A stretch of 64,000 nucleotides of DNA from the human T2T-CHM13v2.0 reference genome, Homo sapiens: NCBI RefSeq assembly GCF_009914755.1, contig NC_060926.1. One strand, given 5' to 3'. The translations under genes were made by a program, and so were the position numbers. Positions 58,415-64,000 of the stretch are shown here, in pieces. The stretch's first letter is position 1. Every line of letters begins with the position of its first letter. The notes beneath the pieces were generated by a model that was not told the origin of the DNA, searched no databases, and was given only the letters and a program-made list of their open reading frames with translations.

Positions 58415-61400
58415 TCATTCACCATTCAATCTTGGTAGATTGTATGTGTCTAGAAATTTGTCCATTTCTTCTAGGTTTTCTAATTTCCTGTCATATACTT
58501 CCTAATAGTAGCCTCTAATGATCCTTTGAATTTCTGCAGTATCAGTTATAATGTCTCCTTTTTCATTTCTGATTTTATTTATTTGGGTCTTCTCTCTTTC
58601 TTAGTTAGTCTGGTGAAATATTTATCAATTTTGTTTATCTTTTCAGAACAACTTTTCTTTTTGTTGATCTTTTGTATTGTTTTCTTCATTTCAATTTCTT
58701 TGTTTCTGCTTTGACTTTTATTATTTCTCTTCTCCTCCCAGCGGGTTTCTGAGTTCTTTATGATGCATTGTTAGGTTCTTTATTTGAAATTTTTCTTTTT
58801 TGATGCAGGCACTTATACGTATAATGTATCCCTATGAGATACTGCTTTTACTGTTTCCCATATGTTTTGGTATGTCGTGTTTCAATTTTCTTCTTTCTTC
58901 TTTTGCATTTGCCATTCCAGAGAATATTGTTTAATTTGCATATGCTGACCTAGTTTTCAAAATTTCACTTGTTATTGATATCTAGTTTTCTTACCTTAAA
59001 GTCAGAGAAGATGCTTGATACTACTTCTATATTTTGATTTTATTTTTTTAAGATTTGCCTTGTGGCCTAACATATGCTCTATGCTTGAGAATGACCCATG
59101 TATTGAGGAGAACAATGTGCATTCTGCAACCATTGAATGAAATGTTCCCTAAATAGCTATTAGGTTCATTTTTTCTATAGTGCAGGTTAAGTCCAATGTA
59201 TCTCTGCTGATTTTCTATATAGATGATCTGTCCAGTGCTGAAAAATGGGCAGTTGAAGTCTACAGCTAATAGTGTATTAGGGTCTATCTCCCTTATTAGT
59301 TGTAATAATATTGTTGTATATACCTGGGTGCTCCAGTGTTTGGTGCACATATATTTACAATTGTTATATCTTTTTGCTGAATTGACTCTGTTATCATTAT
59401 ATCATGACCTTTTGGCCTTTTTATTATTTTTGTCTTGAAATCTACTTTGTGTGATATAAGTATAGCTACTTCTCCTCTTTTTAAGTTTTCATTTACATTG
59501 TATATCTTTTTCCATCGCTTTTTTTCAGTCTATGTGTGTCTTTATGAGTGAAATGTGTTTCTTGTAGGCCACAGATTATTAGGTTCTGTTTTGTTTTAAT
59601 CTATTCAGTCACTCCTTGTCTTTTTATTGGAGAGTTTTGTCTAACTTACATTGAATGTTATCATTTATAAGTAAAGACTTACTCCTGCCATTTTGTTATT
59701 TGTTTTCTGGTTGCTTTGTGATCTTCTCTTCCTTCCTGTCTTCCTTTTAGTGAAAGTGATTTTCTCTGAAGGTATGTTTTAATTTCTTACTTTTTAGTTT
59801 TCATTTATTTGTTGCATGTTTTTAGATTTGAGGTTACCATGAAGATTGCAAATAATATCTTATACCCCATTTTATTAAAACTGTTGACAACTTAACACTG
59901 ATTGCATAAACAAACTTACAGATGAACCAAGCGAAAACCAAAAAGTACTCTACTCTACATTTTGACTTCATTTCTTTGTTTTTAACTTCTTGTTGTATCC
60001 ATTTGTTTTTTATTATACTGTAAAACTTTGTTGTAGTTACAATTTTTCATATATTTTAGTCTTTCTACTCAAGATATGACTAGTTTATATACCACAACTA
60101 TAGTTGTTATAATTTTCTGTGTTTTTATGTGTACTTACAAGAGAAAGTGAGTTTTGTACCTTCCAGTGATTTTCTATTGGTCCTTACCATCCTTTTCTTT
60201 TGGATTGAAGAACTCCCTTTAACATTTCTTATAGGACAGGCCAGGTGTTAATGAAACCCGTCAGATTTTGTTTGTCTGAGAAAGTCTTTGTTTCTCCTTC
60301 ATGTTTGAAGAATATTTTCACTATATATTCTAGTCTAGGGTAAAAGTTTTTTTTTCCTTCAGTGCTTTAAATATGTCTGCCACTTTCTCCTGGCCTGTAA
60401 GGTTTCCACTAAAAAGTCTGCTGCAAGATATATTTTAGCTTCATTGCAGGTTATTTGTTTCTTTATTGTTGCTGCTTTTGGTATTCTTTCTTCATTCTTA
60501 AACTTTGGGAGTTTGTGTATTAGAGCCCTGGAGGTAGTCTTATTCGGGTTAAATCTGCTTGGTGTTCTATATAGCCTTTTATTCTCCTTGGTTATTTATA
60601 TCTTTCTCTTGGTTTTAGAATTTCTCTGATATTATCTTGTTAAATAAACTTTCTACCCCATCTCTCTCTGTCTCACCTTTAAGACCAATAACTGTTAGAT
60701 TTGCCCTTTTGAGGCTATTTTCTAGATCTTGTATGCATGCTTCGTTTGGTTTTTCATTTTTTATTTGTCTTCTCTGATGGTGTTTATATACCCTTCCTTC
60801 AAGCTTACTAATTCTTCCTTTAATTTGACCAATTCCATTATTAAGAAACTCTGATGCATTGTTCAGTATGTCAGTTGAAGTTTTCAGCTCCATAATTTCT
60901 ATTTGATTTTTTTAATTTTTTCTATTTCTTTATTTATTTTGTCTGACAGGATTCTGAACTCCCTGTCTGTGTTATTGTGAATTTTTTTCAGTTTCCAATA
61001 AACAGGTCTTTTGAATTATTTGTCTCAAAGGTCACATATCTCTGTCTCCCTTGGATTTGTCCCTGGTACTTATTTAGTTAATATGGTGAGGTCATGTTTT
61101 TCTGGATGGTCTTGATGCTTGTGAATGTCATCATTGTCTGGACATTGAAGAGTTAGATATTTATTGTAGTCTTTGCAGTCTGGTCTTTTTTATACCCATT
61201 CTTCTTGGGAAGGCTTTGCAGGTATTTGAATGGAATTAGATGTTGTGATGCAAATTTTGGTCACTCTAGTCTTATATATAGTTCTTGTAGACTTGTAGAG
61301 GTACTGTCTTTGTACCTAGGTACTTAGATCTTGGATAAGATCTAAAAGAATTCTCTGGATTACAAAGCAGAGATTCTTATTCTATTTTTTCATTTTCTCC

Positions 61401-63566
61401 CAGGCTTACAGAGTCTCCCTCTCTCTGTGCTGAGCTGCCTGAAAATTGTGAAGTCATGACATAAGCTCCCCTGTAGCCACCACCACTGAGACTCTGTTGG
61501 GTCAGATCTAAACCCATCGCACTGGTTCTTGCCCAAGGCCCACTGTAACAACTGTCTAGCTATTGTCTATGTTTTCTCAAGGCCTTAGGGCTGTAAAATC
61601 AGAAGGTGGTGAAGCCAGACAGGCTTGTGTACTTCCCTTCAGGGTGTCAATCTCCCCTAGACCCCAGGTAGATCCAGAGATGCTGTCTGGGAGCCAGAAC
61701 CTGGAGTCAGAAACCATAGAAATCCACCCAGTATTTTATTCTACTGCAGCTAAGCTGGCACTAAAACCATAAGATTCCATCCTTTCCACTCTTTGTTCCC
61801 CCTTTCTAGAGCAGAAGAGTCTCTCCCCATGTCCTCCACCACCACCACCACCACCATGGGTAACACTATCAGTATTACCCATCGAAATACGGCCAGAGTA
61901 CCACTGATGTTCACTTAAGGTGAAAAGGGCTTGCAGCTATTGCTGCCAGGTCTGGAACTCACTTCTTTGGGTGTTGTGCTCCCCTCTGGCCATGGGTAAA
62001 TCCAGAAATGCCACCCAACAGCCAATATCTGGAATCAAGGACCCCAAGTGCCTGCTTGGTTTTCTTTCCCCATTGTGGCCAAGCTGCTACCTAAGCTGCG
62101 AAACGAAGTACCCTTTATTCTTACCTCTCCATTTCTCAACCAGAAGGAGTCTATTCTCACAGCTAACACAGCTGTGAATGTGCTGGGTCACACCAGACAA
62201 CAGCATATCTCAGAGACTCACCTAAGGCCTGTGGAGTTTACTAACTGGTTACTGCTTCTGGTTATTTAGTGCCCATGGGCTCTTTAGTGAGCAAGTAATG
62301 AATCCTGGCAAGACTGGATCCTTCCCTTTGGGACGGTGGGTTCCTTTCTGCCCTAGGATTTGTCTGGAAATGTGATATGAGAGCTAGGGCCTAGAATGGA
62401 GTCCTCATATCTCTGACCAGTGCCCTATTTAACTGTGGGTGAGCTGGTATCCAAGTTGCAAAACTAAGTCCTCTTTACTCTTCCCTCTCTTCTCCTCAAG
62501 TGGAAGGAAGTGGCCTCTTTTGTAGCTGCACTACCTGGGTTGGAGAAGAAGTGACATAAGCACTTCCTAGCTGATATCGCTGGTGTCTCATTAGGTTGTG
62601 TACTCCCCAAGACCACTGGCTCCAGGCCTACCCCAGAACTAGAACTTGCCTAAGAATTGCAGTCCTTGTCGCCTCGACTGCCTTTCAAGTTTATTTGGTA
62701 ACCCAGGACAGTTTAGCTGTTGTGGTGAGGCTTGCTGAAGCTCAAGATCCGACTGCTGGAATCGGCAATTTCACTATGGATAAAGCTGGTCTAAATGCTC
62801 CTGCCATAGACATAGACTGAGTTTTGTCTGGTGTTGGCAGCACTTAGTTCCAGGGTAAAGTGTCACGATTGCTGCACTCTCCATTCCCCAAGTACAAAGA
62901 TTCTCTCCTCCTGCCATGCAGCCACTTCTGGGTGATGGGGGATGGATGGTGTCAGCAATTCAAGACTGTCTTTCCTACCCTGTTCAGTGCCTCTTTCAGA
63001 GATATGAAGTTAAAACCAGGTACTGTGATTTTTTTTGTTACTGTTCTTATGAAGGTGTTTGTTTTCTGTGTAGATAAACTTCAGACTTGGTGTTCCTGCA
63101 GGGAGGATGATTGGTGGAGGCTTCTATTTGGCGATCTTACTCTGCCTCCTCCCCCAGCAAAAGATTTCTTGAAGGGTGAGAGAAGCTGCACAACTTTAGG
63201 GCTGACATAGCTGATGTATTTTTACCTGCTGAACATGTTTGTTGTTCAAGAACTGGGGATCATATTTATCTTACATATTCTCTTATAATATCATAGAATC
63301 ATAGAAGTAAAGTAGCTTTTCATCTTGCCAAACGAAGCCCCTCTTGCTTGTTTGAATGTAAAAATTGATTTCATGGGCACTTAGTTCTAAAGAATAATCT
63401 GAATGATGCAATCCACACCAAAGCTTCAATTTATGGATAGGTAAACTCTTCTTTAGATTCTTTATTTTACTACAGTATAAGAATAGATAGTCATTTGTAA
63501 ATTTTGGCTGCTCATTTTTAGTCCTGGAAAGAATTAAATGTCTGCATGTTGAATAAAATATACTAT

Positions 63567-64000
63567 TGAGAGGTGAAGCCAGCTGGAATTCTGGGTCAGG
63601 TGGAGACTTGGAGAACTTTTGTGTCTAGCTAAAGGATTGTAAATGCACCAATCAGCACTCTGTGTCTAGCTAAAGGATTGTAAATGCACCAATCAGCACT
63701 CTGTAAAATGGACCAATCAACACTCTGTAAAATGGACCAATCAGCATTCTGTAAAATGGACCAATCCACACTCTGTAAAATGGACCAATCAGCAGGATGT
63801 GGGCAGGGCCAAATAAGGGAATAAAAGCTGGCCACCCGAGCCAGTGGTGGCAACTTGCTCGGGTCCCCTTCCACTCTGTGGAAGCTTTGTTCTTTCATGC
63901 GTCACAATAAATCTTGCTGCTGCTCACTGTTTGGCTTTGCACTACCTTTAAGAGCTGTAACACTCACTGCAAAAGTCTGCGGCTTCACTCCTGAAGTCAG
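63567..64000 (+). mobile_element. LTR12 (ERV9 family; LTR12F-like), running off the window
   Basis: Start tgagaggtgaagccagctgg; tandem ctagctaaaggattgtaaatgcaccaatcagc and ctctgtaaaatggaccaatc repeats. Confidence 0.92.
63620..63830 (+). promoter_or_regulatory. LTR12 U3 CCAAT (NF-Y) array with TATA-like AATAAAA
   Basis: Six CCAAT at 63648, 63689, 63713, 63737, 63761, 63785; aataaaa at 63820; poly(A) signal aataaa at 63906. Confidence 0.7.

Noticed and set aside
63629-63898. ORF with repeated DWSILQS peptide; array superficially CRISPR-like
   Set aside because: Antisense translation of LTR12 CCAAT tandem repeats; no unique spacers and no cas genes.

Overview
AT-rich primate (human-like) non-coding DNA, intergenic or deep intronic, made up mostly of transposable elements. 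I find no host protein-coding exon, RNA gene or CRISPR-like array; nearly all ORFs in the track are L1, Alu, LTR or low-complexity artefacts. Contents: a 3' L1PA15/16-like piece (1-2650), three related L1MA1-3-like copies (15908-21065 +, 27270-33580 -, 55040-63155 -), an L1PB (48410-55040 -), a young L1PA3-like insertion (56065-58388 -), eight Alus plus a FLAM monomer, Tigger3 and MER20 DNA transposons, and several LTRs (MER77-like, MLT1D, LTR8A, LTR27-like, LTR12F). I cannot support a new biological system. The best leads are mechanistic fossils: (1) an old L1MA that appears to have integrated from a spliced RNA, with ~1.7 kb of 5'UTR removed at a CAG|GT...CAG| junction; (2) a Tigger3 carrying an inverted copy of its own end plus host flank; (3) repeated short template-switch or fold-back insertions. 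Subfamily names come from recalled consensus sequences and need RepeatMasker/Dfam confirmation; boundaries of old repeats are approximate.
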